A model generated the notes under the pieces. The model was not told the origin of the DNA. It saw only the letters and a program-made list of their open reading frames with translations, and searched no databases. 64,000 bases of DNA. Source: an uncultured Acidimicrobiaceae bacterium (GTDB lineage: Bacteria; Actinomycetota; Acidimicrobiia; Acidimicrobiales; RAAP-2). The position numbers and the translations under genes are program-made. The stretch's first letter is position 1, and each line of letters opens with the position of its first letter. The stretch is from positions 31,773 through 95,772 of the forward strand of contig CAVUZI010000001.1 of assembly GCA_963745955.1 (NCBI GenBank), in the 5' to 3' direction. Below are positions 8,912 through 18,163 of the stretch, piece after piece.

Positions 8912-10907
8912 ATGACCATCACCCACAGGTCCGTCACCGAGGAACAAGTGAAAGTTGAAGCAGCCCCGAAGGTGACGGCCCGCTACCGAGTGATCGTCCT
9001 CTGCACGTTCTTGATCCTTTGCGCGGAATGGATCGCGGTGCTCGAGCTCATCCGCAGTCACGGCGCCATCATCTCCGGCGACGAATCCCATTATCTGGTC
9101 GGCGCCGTCTCCATCGGGCGGTTTCGGACCCTCAACATGAACCCCGGGTACAACTTCGCCGTCGAGCACCACATCATCTTTCCTTGGGTGGCCCGACCCG
9201 GTCCTCACCTCGCCGCGGCGATCGGGCAGGCCCATCTCAGCCACGGGCTCTACTTCCTCACGCACGCCACCGGCTTGTCGGCGCTGCTGGCCATCCCCAT
9301 GCTGGCTGGAACACGGGCGGCCGAATTCGCCCTGATCGCCGTCCTTGGTGCCCTCGCCGTGGGTCTGATGCACCTTGTCGGGGAGCTCAGTGGTATCCGG
9401 TCACCGTGGCGGATCGCCGTCGCCGGGCTGTTCCTCACCCCGGCGCTGGCCCTGGCGGCCACACAGGTCTATCCAGATCTCATCAGCGGCCTGGCCATCG
9501 CCATCATCGTCATCATCATTGCCGGCATCGAGGTCAGGCGGAATTGCACCGGGCCTCAGCTCCTGGCTGCAGCCCTGCTGTTCGTGGTTCTGCCGTGGCT
9601 CGATCAGAAGAACGTACTGCTGGTCCTGCCCCTCCTGGTCGCATTTGTGACCGTGTCGGTGCGGGCTGCATTGCCGCGCAAGCAACTCGGTTGTGTCGTC
9701 ATCCCCGTTGCCGTCGGTCTGGGCGCACTCCTGGCGCTGAATCTGTATTCGTTCGGGAACCTCCTGGGCAACCCGCAGCCGATCTCCCTGGTCAGCGTCG
9801 ACACGCTGACCCGGTCGATCGCGCTGCTGTTCGACCGCCGTCAAGGTTTGTTCGTCCAGATGCCGGCGGCCGTGCTCGGCGTAGCGGGCCTCTGGGCCAT
9901 GCGGCACCGGTTTCCGGTCGCGGTCATCACCTCGGTGGCTGTCATCGTGCTCACGGTCTACGGGAATTCGACACAAGAGATCAGTTTCGGCGGTGGAAGT
10001 CTGGTTGGAAGATTCCAATGGCCGACGTTGCCGCTGCTCGTTGCCTTCGCCGGCTTCTACCTACTTGAGTTGCGGCTGCGCCGGAACCGCGCTCGTCGCC
10101 ATCCCCGCCCTGGTCCTCGGCGTACTTTCGGTCGTCCAGTTCATTCCCATCTTGCGTAACGAGCACGTCCTTTACAACCATATCGGTTGGGACCCGATTA
10201 CCTACACCGGTTGGTGGGGCGGGCTGGACCCTTCTCCTGTGCTCGGATACATAGGGGGCGTCACGCTCACCGATGTCGTTCCTGCAGCGACGCGCTTGAC
10301 CGGTATCGCCGGATCAATTGCCGGCACCGATCCGTGGGCCAGTCCGCGAGTCCTGTGGGGACTCTCCTGCGAGGTGCTGGTGTGTGCAACCGGTACGTAC
10401 CTGCTGATCCGACTGCTTGCCCGTCCACTTCGTGTCAACCTTCTGTTCCTCGGAGCTGCAGTGGCCACCATTGCCCTCACCCTGGCCATGACCCTGTCCA
10501 CGGCCGTCCTCTTGCCCGCCCCGGTCACGTTCCCGGCGGCAAGGTTTGCCATCTCGCACGGAACGCGGCATGGGACGACCGTCGTCGTCACCGGGGTCAA
10601 CGAGCACGGCACGGTGATCGAGGGTCCATCGTGGCATCTCCCGCCCGGTCGTTACTCGACGACGATCACCTATCGGCTCACTGATCTCGAGCCCAACGCG
10701 GCCTTGGTCAGGGTTCTCCTGGTGACCCGCCCACCGGCCGCCGGGATTGTCATCCTGAACCAGTCGACCCTTCAGCCTGGTCGCGCCGGCCTGACCCTGC
10801 CATTCACAGTCCACACCCCGGGGAAGCTGGTCATCCGAACCTCATGGAGCGGCTCCGGCACGCTGACCATCAAGAACATCGTACTGACGAAGCTCGCCTC
10901 TGGATGA
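8912..10907 (+). pseudogene. ArnT/PMT-like GT-C membrane glycosyltransferase with C-terminal extracytoplasmic domain, split by one apparent frameshift
   Basis: ORF 8774..10159 (probable ATG 8912, MTITHRS...) has about 11 helices and a first-loop GDESHYLVG motif of DExxY type. It ends in Arg/Pro-rich junk (RLRRNRARRHPRPG). ORF 9993..10907, in the next frame, continues with helices (TALVAIPALVLGVLSVVQFIPIL) and a beta-rich domain. Removing one base near 10085-10086 joins ...FYLLELRLRR to TALVAIPAL.... A separate TTG start at 10065 cannot be excluded. Confidence 0.5.
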
Positions 10908-10932
10908 CGGTGAGAATTCAGGGGTGCCCGAC

Positions 10933-12150
10933 TCAGCCCGTCACCCGCACGGCGAGTTGGGCCGGGGGGTCGGACGCAGGAGGGATCCATTGGGATCCCT
11001 CCTGAACGACGGCCGGATTCCAGTAGTAGTTTCCGGGCACCTCGGGGCTATGGACGAGTATGCGGGCGACAAGCTTGTCGCCGGAAACGACGTCGCGGGG
11101 GAGGGGAGTGCGGACTCCCTCCCAGACCTGGGGCTCTCCGTCCTCGGTCATCCAGTGATAGGACAGATGGATGGGGAAGGGGCCTCCGTTGCTGCACCAG
11201 GTTTCGGCCCCGCGGTTGCCGATCTCAACCGCAAACGTCGTCGCGGACAACGTGGGGACGACCGCAGGACCAGATTCGCGCAGAGCCATCGACGCGAGGG
11301 GATCCGTCAGAAGGGCAGTCTGAGGCATGGAACCAGCCTGCCTGCGAAGCTCCTCGATCTGGAACTCGCGAACGGAGATGGTGTAGTCGCGCCGCAATCG
11401 GTCCAACGCCGAGTCCAGTGCGACCTCACTCTTCAGGGCCGTCGTCGTACCCTCCAGCTTGCGCCGGATGCGACCAAGCCCGGCTTCGAATGAGGGAAAC
11501 CGCTCGAATGTCTTCCTGCTGGGCGGTTGGGTGTACCGGGACGTCGTCTGGGGGACCCGATGGAAGTGGAATCGCTGCGACAGCCGCATGTAGAAATCCC
11601 AGTCGTCGAGTACCCGCGTGAACCTCTCGTCGAATCCCCCGACTGCGGACCAGGCATCACGCCGGATGCACATCGAGCAGGCGATAGGCGCCTTCCGCAT
11701 CATCATGAGCTCACTCCGGTCGAACTCCCACACCTGATTGCCGATGATCCGCGTCCCACCCTCATCGTCGGCCAGGGCCACGTCAGTGTCGGTGAAGAGG
11801 ATCCGAGCGTCAGGATGGCGTTGAGCAGCCGCGTCCAACACCTCGAGGTGGGACGGGTAGTACACATCGTCATCGTCCAGAATGCAGATATAGCGACCAC
11901 GAGAGCGCTCGAACCCGGAATTGATGGCCCCGGACTTGCCCACGTGTGCCGGAAGCTCGACCAGATGCATATCGAAGTTCCGGCTCGCACTGTCTGCGAG
12001 CTCGGCGATGCTCGGGCCCCCGTCGTTGATGAGTACGACTTCAAACCTCCGCGGCTCCACTGTCTGTGCCGCCACGCTGTCGAGGGCAGTGGCCAGCTGC
12101 CAGCGGCCGCCGGTCGTCCTGATCAGGATCGAGAAGTCGGGAACACTCAT
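10933..12150 (-). CDS. GT2-family glycosyltransferase with ~170-aa C-terminal extension
   Basis: Track ORF 10933..12180(-). Start taken at MSVPDFSILIRT (ATG 12150). GT-A signatures: SILIRTTGG..., VVLINDGG, ICILDDDDVYYPSHL (DxD). The C-terminal domain (FPIHLSYHWMTEDG...WNPAVVQEG) is of unknown function. Confidence 0.75.
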   Translation of the reverse strand: MSVPDFSILIRTTGGRWQLATALDSVAAQTVEPRRFEVVLINDGGPSIAELADSASRNFDMHLVELPAHVGKSGAINSGFERSRGRYICILDDDDVYYPSHLEVLDAAAQRHPDARILFTDTDVALADDEGGTRIIGNQVWEFDRSELMMMRKAPIACSMCIRRDAWSAVGGFDERFTRVLDDWDFYMRLSQRFHFHRVPQTTSRYTQPPSRKTFERFPSFEAGLGRIRRKLEGTTTALKSEVALDSALDRLRRDYTISVREFQIEELRRQAGSMPQTALLTDPLASMALRESGPAVVPTLSATTFAVEIGNRGAETWCSNGGPFPIHLSYHWMTEDGEPQVWEGVRTPLPRDVVSGDKLVARILVHSPEVPGNYYWNPAVVQEGSQWIPPASDPPAQLAVRVTG

Positions 12151-12360
12151 GCCATTCGGTCTCATTCTTGTGCAGTCCACAAGGTCAGTCCACGGACGGT
12201 TTTGATCTGAGCACCGACCTCGAGGCTCCGGTGCACTCTAACCAACGCTCCCCGGGGGGCAATTCGGCGGATAGGTCAGGCTGGGGGCCGAACGGCTCCG
12301 ACAGATCCTCGGGGGGTGAGTGGGCGTACACTCGGAGGAGACAAGACATGGGGGCCGGCG

Positions 12361-13365
12361 ATGGCTATCGAGATGGCACATCGGTACGCGGGGATCAGCG
12401 CAAAAGCGTACGAACATCCGGCCGATCGTGCGGCCACCTCTGCGCTCCATTCTGTGCCCTTGCTCGACAAGGTCATCAAGCGGCTGACTGATCTGGGACA
12501 CGAACGCCGCCTCCGACAGATCGTGATGGGGAATTCCGTCCGCATCGGGAGTGAGCAGATGCCCGATTTGTGGGCCGATTATGTCCGCTGTGGGACGATC
12601 TTGGATCTTCCGGCTGTCCCTGAGCTGTATGTGACCAATGATCCCGTGGTCAACGCAATGACCATCGGAGCCAAGACGCCCATTGTCATCGTCAAATCGT
12701 CCCTCGTGGGCTCGTACGAGGCCAACGAGACCCAGACGGTGCTCGGCCACGAGCTCGGGCACGTGCTCTCCGAGCACTACTACTACACAACTGCCCTCAT
12801 CTTGATGCGACAGTTCATAGAGGGTGCACTTCCGAGGTCCCTTCTGTTGGGGCTCCCCGTCAGGGGGATGTACCTGGCGCTACTCGAATGGGCCCGCGCG
12901 GCAGAGCTCTCTGCCGATCGTGCCGCAGCGCTCGTCATGGCAGATCCGCTCGAACCCTGTCGAGTCCTGATGCGGATTGCCGGAGGGGCCCTCCCCGGAA
13001 TGAGCTTTGATGCGTTCCTCAAACAGGCGGCCGACTACGACGGCGAGGACGATCTCTTCTCGCGTCACTCCCGGTTCTGGGTCGAGATGAGCCTGACGCA
13101 CCCGATTGCCGTCAGGCGGGTCAGAGAGATGATCGAATGGGTCCAGTCCGGTGATTACAACCGGATCGTCGACGGGAACTATCCCCGGAGGGGGCAGGAA
13201 CCACCCTCGTCGGTTGAGTTCGACGCAGCCGTGGCTCACTATCGAGATCGGTTCTCAAGGTTCCTCGACCGGACAGCCGGAAATGTCCAAGACCTCGGGA
13301 AGCAGTTCAGCGACTGGCTCAACAAGCGCCCCGCCGGCGAAGACGGAGGCGACGACGTCGATTGA
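12361..13365 (+). CDS. M48-family zinc metallopeptidase
   Basis: Track ORF 12316..13365. Probable ATG at 12361. Contains the HELGHVLSEH zinc motif (HExxH) and downstream ELSADRAAA, typical of M48/HtpX-like peptidases. There is no obvious TM segment. Confidence 0.7.
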   Translation: MAIEMAHRYAGISAKAYEHPADRAATSALHSVPLLDKVIKRLTDLGHERRLRQIVMGNSVRIGSEQMPDLWADYVRCGTILDLPAVPELYVTNDPVVNAMTIGAKTPIVIVKSSLVGSYEANETQTVLGHELGHVLSEHYYYTTALILMRQFIEGALPRSLLLGLPVRGMYLALLEWARAAELSADRAAALVMADPLEPCRVLMRIAGGALPGMSFDAFLKQAADYDGEDDLFSRHSRFWVEMSLTHPIAVRRVREMIEWVQSGDYNRIVDGNYPRRGQEPPSSVEFDAAVAHYRDRFSRFLDRTAGNVQDLGKQFSDWLNKRPAGEDGGDDVD

Positions 13366-13521
13366 GGCTCCCCGGCACCGGTTCTCCGAGCGCCAATCGA
13401 GCCGATCCTTCGGGGCCCGTGCCGTTCGGAGCACCGTGAGCGCTGACGGGGGACCGCCATCCGTGGTTTCCGTCTCCGGTGACATGATCAGAAACGGCTG
13501 GTCCGGGGTAGGATTCTGCCC

Positions 13522-14391
13522 GTGAGGAGCGAGTTCGTCCGGGAACGTACATGGGTCGACGGTGAGCACCTGCAGGTAGGGAAGGGGTCCTTCTTCCTGA
13601 GCACCGACCCAGGCGTGTTTGGGACGCTGGCCTCGGAAATTGACCGATTCATGTTGCTGAAGCAGCGGTCGATGATCGAGTCCCTCGTCGACCAGGCACC
13701 GGACAGAGTCGAGAACATATTCGATCTCGGCATCTACAAGGGTGGCAGCGTGGTGCTGTACAACGAATTGTTCCAACCCAACCGATTGGTGGGTATCGAA
13801 CTGAGCCACTATCGGGTGCGGGCTCTCGACGAGTTCATACGCCTCCACTCTCTCGACGAGGTCATCCATCTCTACTACGGCACCCTTCAAAACGACCAAG
13901 ATCGACTGAGAGACATCGTTCGAGATGAGTTCGGCGACGAGCCTCTCGATCTCGTCGTCGACGATTGCTCCCACCGATATGGTCACACGAAACGCTCGAT
14001 GAACGTCTTGCTACCGCGGCTCCGTCCGGGCGGCCTGTACGTGATCGAAGACTGGGGTTGGGCGCACTGGCCCGGTGACCGCTTTCAGGGCCGGAAGAAC
14101 CAATACGCAAAGGAACGGTGGCCTCTGTCCAGATTGATCCTCGAGTTGGTCATGGTGTCGGCCAGCCGCCCCGGCTTGGTCAAGCGGGTCGACGTCACAG
14201 ACGGTACCGTGTACGTGACGAGGGGCACGGACATCGTCACGGATCCGGATTTCGACGTCTCGAGGTGTTACTTGACGTCTCGTAGAACGCTTCTCAGCAG
14301 GATTCCTCGCATCTCGTTGCCGACGGAGCAGCAATGGCGCAACCTGTACCATCATCTGCCGCACACCCGTCCAAGGGGGCGGCCGAGCTAG
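13522..14391 (+). CDS. Class I SAM-dependent methyltransferase (CmcI / sugar O-methyltransferase-like)
   Basis: Track ORF 13522..14391 (GTG start). Methyltransferase motifs: I FDLGIYKGGS, post-I LVGIEL, II LDLVVDDCSH, III LRPGGLYVIEDW. Confidence 0.6.
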   Translation: MRSEFVRERTWVDGEHLQVGKGSFFLSTDPGVFGTLASEIDRFMLLKQRSMIESLVDQAPDRVENIFDLGIYKGGSVVLYNELFQPNRLVGIELSHYRVRALDEFIRLHSLDEVIHLYYGTLQNDQDRLRDIVRDEFGDEPLDLVVDDCSHRYGHTKRSMNVLLPRLRPGGLYVIEDWGWAHWPGDRFQGRKNQYAKERWPLSRLILELVMVSASRPGLVKRVDVTDGTVYVTRGTDIVTDPDFDVSRCYLTSRRTLLSRIPRISLPTEQQWRNLYHHLPHTRPRGRPS

Positions 14392-14445
14392 CGACGACTG
14401 CTCTGGTGGGCTCGACGAACTGGAAGACTGGCGACACGATCATCC

Positions 14446-14898
14446 GTGTCGGGGAACAGTGGCAAGAACCCCAAGAGGTATCCGCAACCTGACGCCTACG
14501 AGCTGATTCGACGGCGTAAGCTCGGAGCCGTGGTCGTCAACGATATCGAGGCACGGGTCCGGTCGATCTGCCTGACCTTGCCCGGCGCCACGGAAAGGGC
14601 CAGCCACGGCGCCCCCGCATTTTTCGCCGGAAAGCAGTTCGTGATGCTTTGGCCTCATGGCCATCACGGAGACACCTTTCCCCATCTGTGGTGTGCGGCG
14701 CCGTCCGGAGCCCAGGCGGCGCTCATCGCCGCGGCGCCGGACCGGGTCTTCCGGCCCCCCTACGTCGGTTCACGCGGGTGGATCGGGGTACGTCTCGATG
14801 GTCAGCCGGACTGGGATGCGGTGGAGATGTTGTGCAAGGAGGCGTTTCGAACGGTGGCGCCCGGGAAGTCGCTGCCGATGCTTGACTCGAGATCCTGA
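14446..14898 (+). CDS. MmcQ/YjbR-family protein
   Basis: Track ORF 14446..14898 (150 aa). The pattern ...LPGATERASHGAPAFFAGKQFVML...GWIGVRLDG...EAF resembles the YjbR fold family. Confidence 0.55.
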   Translation: MSGNSGKNPKRYPQPDAYELIRRRKLGAVVVNDIEARVRSICLTLPGATERASHGAPAFFAGKQFVMLWPHGHHGDTFPHLWCAAPSGAQAALIAAAPDRVFRPPYVGSRGWIGVRLDGQPDWDAVEMLCKEAFRTVAPGKSLPMLDSRS

Positions 14899-15079
14899 AA
14901 CCGGTTTGCGTCATCATCGGGGCCGGATGCCGCAAAAGTGAACACGTGAGCTGGGCATCATGAGGTCGAACAGCACCCCGATTCCCGCCCGGTACCTCCC
15001 AGGTGACCCCTTTCCGCACAGATGACACCGCAATGAGTGACGAATATCGATCTGGGTTTCCAAAGTACCTGCTGAAAGG

Positions 15080-15085
15080 TATATT
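15080..15085 (+). promoter_or_regulatory. -10-like hexamer TATATT placed 6 nt before the ATG (leaderless-type promoter candidate)
   Basis: ggTATATTttgtggATG, with the ATG at 15092. The identical hexamer and spacing occur at the paralogous gene (21636-21641). Confidence 0.45.
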
Positions 15086-15091
15086 TTGTGG

Positions 15092-15490
15092 ATGCGGTAT
15101 TTGTGGATAGGGGCCCTCGTCGTTATCGCTCTCTTCGGTAGCGCCTGTTCGGGATCGGCGAACACTCCGACGATCCACTTTCACTTCCCGAAGCGAACGA
15201 CGACAACGACAACGACCACGGGCGTGCTCCCGACGGCGACGACGCTGGCGTCGGGACCGAACGACCAAGCGGCATGTGCGAGCTTTGCTGCCCTGAGCCA
15301 CGAGGTCGGCCAGAGCCACCGGCGCGTAGCGAACGCCTTCAGGACACTGTTCCGGGACCTGAGGGTGGCCGAGAACCTGAATCTGCGTCGAGACGGCCAC
15401 GCGGCGGCAAGGGCGCTCATTCTGGACCGGGTCGCTGAATTCAGGAGCTCCTTCGTAGCCATCTTCGTTCTCTGCAAAGCGATGAGTTAG
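15092..15490 (+). CDS. Small secreted lipoprotein with Thr-rich linker (paralogue A)
   Basis: Track ORF 15086..15490. ATG 15092 gives MRYLWIGALVVIALFGSAC (signal peptide plus lipobox-like Cys), then a TTTTTTTT linker. Paralogous to 21648..22049: shared N-terminus, GPNDQAACASFAAL vs GPKDKAACASVATL, and a conserved C-terminal Cys. Confidence 0.6.
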   Translation: MRYLWIGALVVIALFGSACSGSANTPTIHFHFPKRTTTTTTTTGVLPTATTLASGPNDQAACASFAALSHEVGQSHRRVANAFRTLFRDLRVAENLNLRRDGHAAARALILDRVAEFRSSFVAIFVLCKAMS

Positions 15491-15499
15491 TCCATCCCG

Positions 15500-15542
15500 C
15501 CACCCCGGCCTTTTCCGATGGCAATGAGGCAAGGCCGGGTGG
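15500..15542. terminator. Inverted repeat between convergent genes (candidate bidirectional intrinsic terminator)
   Basis: ccaccccggcctt (15500-15512) pairs with aaggccgggtgg (15531-15542). This gives 12 bp with one bulged C and an 18-nt loop. No clear U-tract follows. Confidence 0.4.
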
Positions 15543-15658
15543 TCAACCTGGCTCAGGTCGGCGGTGAACGATCTTGCCTGCAGCGGTCGGCTGATAACCG
15601 GTGATCACGCGGTTCAGGTCGTGGTTCACACCAGAATAGCCTCCCGAACTCCTTCCCC

Positions 15659-18031
15659 TCAGATCATCATCCTGTGTTTGCTCCGGCGGACGAATCTATC
15701 GGCCGCATCGGCCAGGTCGGTCTGCACCTGTCGCTGGGCCTCAAGCAACTCGTCGGCCCAGAGCATCTGCAACACCTTGCGGAGCCGGTCCCTGTTGTGC
15801 AGCGACCGCGCTACGTCGAAGGCCTTCTGGAGTACGTCATGCAGGATTTCATCGTGGGCCGGTGGTGGGTCCAGCGAAGTACGTCGATTGGCCAGCATCT
15901 CGGCGAACTCCTCGTACCAACGGTGACTGGACGCAAACGAGTCCCGCAGGACAGCGCCGGCAATGGCCACCGGCTCCGGCTCCGGCCGCCCGGCAACGGA
16001 GGGAAATGCCGGCAGCGTGGAGAGCGTGAAGGCCGCCAGTCGAATCCGGTTCGATCCGGTGAAGAGGTTGGCCACGGTCTCGACCGGAACCACCTTTGCG
16101 CCCCGCTCGGCCAGAAATTGACGGAATGCGTCATCCAGCCGCAGGTAGGCACTGTGCGATGCTCGCTGCCCGGGTTCGGTGTCAACCTGTCCGGTCGTCG
16201 CCGTCAAACGGTCCACCGCGTCGGCCAGATAGCCCGAGTTGGCCACGAACGAATCGGACAGGGCGCGCCCGAGTGCCGCGGTGGCGCCCCGGGGCCAGAA
16301 CAGCAGCCCCACCGCGATGCTCACTGCACATCCGATGGCGACGTCCACGATCCGGGTCAGGCCCACCTTCCAGCCGACGGGAGCGATGATATTGAACAGG
16401 ATGATCACCACCAGCGTGAATCCGGCCTGGCCGGCGGCGAATGAGATCATCGACGGGGCCACACCCGACACCAGCACCGCCACCGGAAGGACCGCCCAGA
16501 GGAGCACCTCGTGGCTGCCCATACCGATCATGAGGGCCGAGCCGAGGACGAAACCCACCGCCGTGCCCGCGATGGCCCGCAGTGCCGTCGCCCCCGTGCC
16601 CAGGGCATTGGACCGGAGTACGGACAGCGTTCCCAGCACGACCCAAAACCCGTGCTCGACATCGGTCACCTCGACAACGGCCACGGCCAGCGCCAGACCG
16701 GCCGCCCCACGAACCGAGTTTCTGAACCACACCGAGTGGAATGACAGATGCGAAGTGAACCGGCTCCACATCATGCGCGAGGAAGGCTCGCCCATCGCGC
16801 CCAGCCTCTGATCGCCCTCGGGCTGAGCGCCGGCCGCCTCCAGCGTCGCGTCGGCCACCAAGGCGGTCGCCGTGCCCAGTGCCCGAGCTCGGAAGCTCGG
16901 GTCCAGCGAGGCCGCCAACCCTCCGTGCATGTCGACCTCCTCCGCCCACTGCCGGTCATCGGCCAGCTGGTGATCGGGATGCGATCGGGGGTCGATCAGT
17001 GTGGACACGGTGACGTCGAGGTCGGTGGTGATCAGCCGGTCCAGGCGTCGGGTCGAATCCTGCAGCGATCGGACCAGGTCCGCATCGTCGACCGGGTGGC
17101 CATCCCCGTCGCAGATCAGTGATGCGCTCAATTGCAAGACCTCACTCGCGGCCTGGAACGCCCGCCGCACAGGAGGCAGTCCGAGGACCGCCTCCTGGTC
17201 CGGAGTCAGCGTCGCATTGCCCGCCACCCATTCCACCCGACCGACCAGCTTGGCCAGAGCCACGGCGGTGGCGGCGGCGCCGGTCGGAGGATAGGGCGTA
17301 CCCGCGAATTGATCCCGAAGCCTGGATAGCTCGGCCGTGGCCGTGATCTGAGCTCCCTGATCGAGCCTGCCCTCGGCGTGGGCGGACGCCAGCTGGGCCA
17401 CCGCGGCCACGGTGGCGGCCAGGCGGCGGCGGAGGTCGTCGTGCCAGGGTGTCGGCCAGATCAGCATGCAGGCTGGGATGCACAGGACACCAGCCGCGAC
17501 CCAGCCGACCAGTCGGGCCCCGATGGCCGTCGCGGGCGCGGCGACAGCAACCGGCAGCACGAAGACGAGAAGGGCAGCCGTCGCTCCCGTGGCAGCCTGG
17601 GGGGAGATGATCCCGGCGAACAGCACGCAGAACCCGACGACGGCCATCACCACCACCGACGCCACCTTGTCGGTCGAGATTGCCGTACCGACCGCGATGA
17701 AGCAACCTCCGACGAGGAAGAGACCGAGATACGACCCCAGTCGGGTGCGGGGTCGTCCGGGAAAGTCGACCAGGAGCAGGATGGCGAACGCACCGAACGC
17801 GCCGAAGAGACTCGTCTGGGCGTCGGTGAAAAGGAGATGGGTGAGACCGAACACGAGGGGCATGACCACCGCCGCCCGCACCGACCGCTTGATGGCGAGG
17901 AGTCCTGGGTCCTTCTCCGCCAGCCATGTGGCCATGGACGGCCGTGAGTGGCGTGTGCCTTCCGGTGTCGGGGCGACCTCGGTCATCGGCTCAACGGGGT
18001 TCGTGCCGGAAGCAGACCGGTGAACGAGCAT
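15659..18031 (-). CDS. FUSC-family (fusaric-acid-resistance / aromatic acid exporter-like) membrane protein
   Basis: Track ORF 15659..18031(-), 790 aa; internal starts at 17986 or 17935 are possible. Two blocks of TM helices are separated and followed by long helical cytoplasmic regions. The N-terminal LAIKRSVRAAVVMPLVFGL...FGAFGAF pattern is typical of FUSC proteins. Confidence 0.7.
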   Translation of the reverse strand: MLVHRSASGTNPVEPMTEVAPTPEGTRHSRPSMATWLAEKDPGLLAIKRSVRAAVVMPLVFGLTHLLFTDAQTSLFGAFGAFAILLLVDFPGRPRTRLGSYLGLFLVGGCFIAVGTAISTDKVASVVVMAVVGFCVLFAGIISPQAATGATAALLVFVLPVAVAAPATAIGARLVGWVAAGVLCIPACMLIWPTPWHDDLRRRLAATVAAVAQLASAHAEGRLDQGAQITATAELSRLRDQFAGTPYPPTGAAATAVALAKLVGRVEWVAGNATLTPDQEAVLGLPPVRRAFQAASEVLQLSASLICDGDGHPVDDADLVRSLQDSTRRLDRLITTDLDVTVSTLIDPRSHPDHQLADDRQWAEEVDMHGGLAASLDPSFRARALGTATALVADATLEAAGAQPEGDQRLGAMGEPSSRMMWSRFTSHLSFHSVWFRNSVRGAAGLALAVAVVEVTDVEHGFWVVLGTLSVLRSNALGTGATALRAIAGTAVGFVLGSALMIGMGSHEVLLWAVLPVAVLVSGVAPSMISFAAGQAGFTLVVIILFNIIAPVGWKVGLTRIVDVAIGCAVSIAVGLLFWPRGATAALGRALSDSFVANSGYLADAVDRLTATTGQVDTEPGQRASHSAYLRLDDAFRQFLAERGAKVVPVETVANLFTGSNRIRLAAFTLSTLPAFPSVAGRPEPEPVAIAGAVLRDSFASSHRWYEEFAEMLANRRTSLDPPPAHDEILHDVLQKAFDVARSLHNRDRLRKVLQMLWADELLEAQRQVQTDLADAADRFVRRSKHRMMI

Positions 18032-18163
18032 CGTGCATATGCCAGGTGAAACTACCCGGGCGAAGCCCGGATCGCCGAACGGCTACGGCCGGGCGTCTTT
18101 GCCGATCTGCCTCCCGGCAACGAAAGAACGAGAGCGGGCCACCTGGCTGACCCGACCCGGTGG

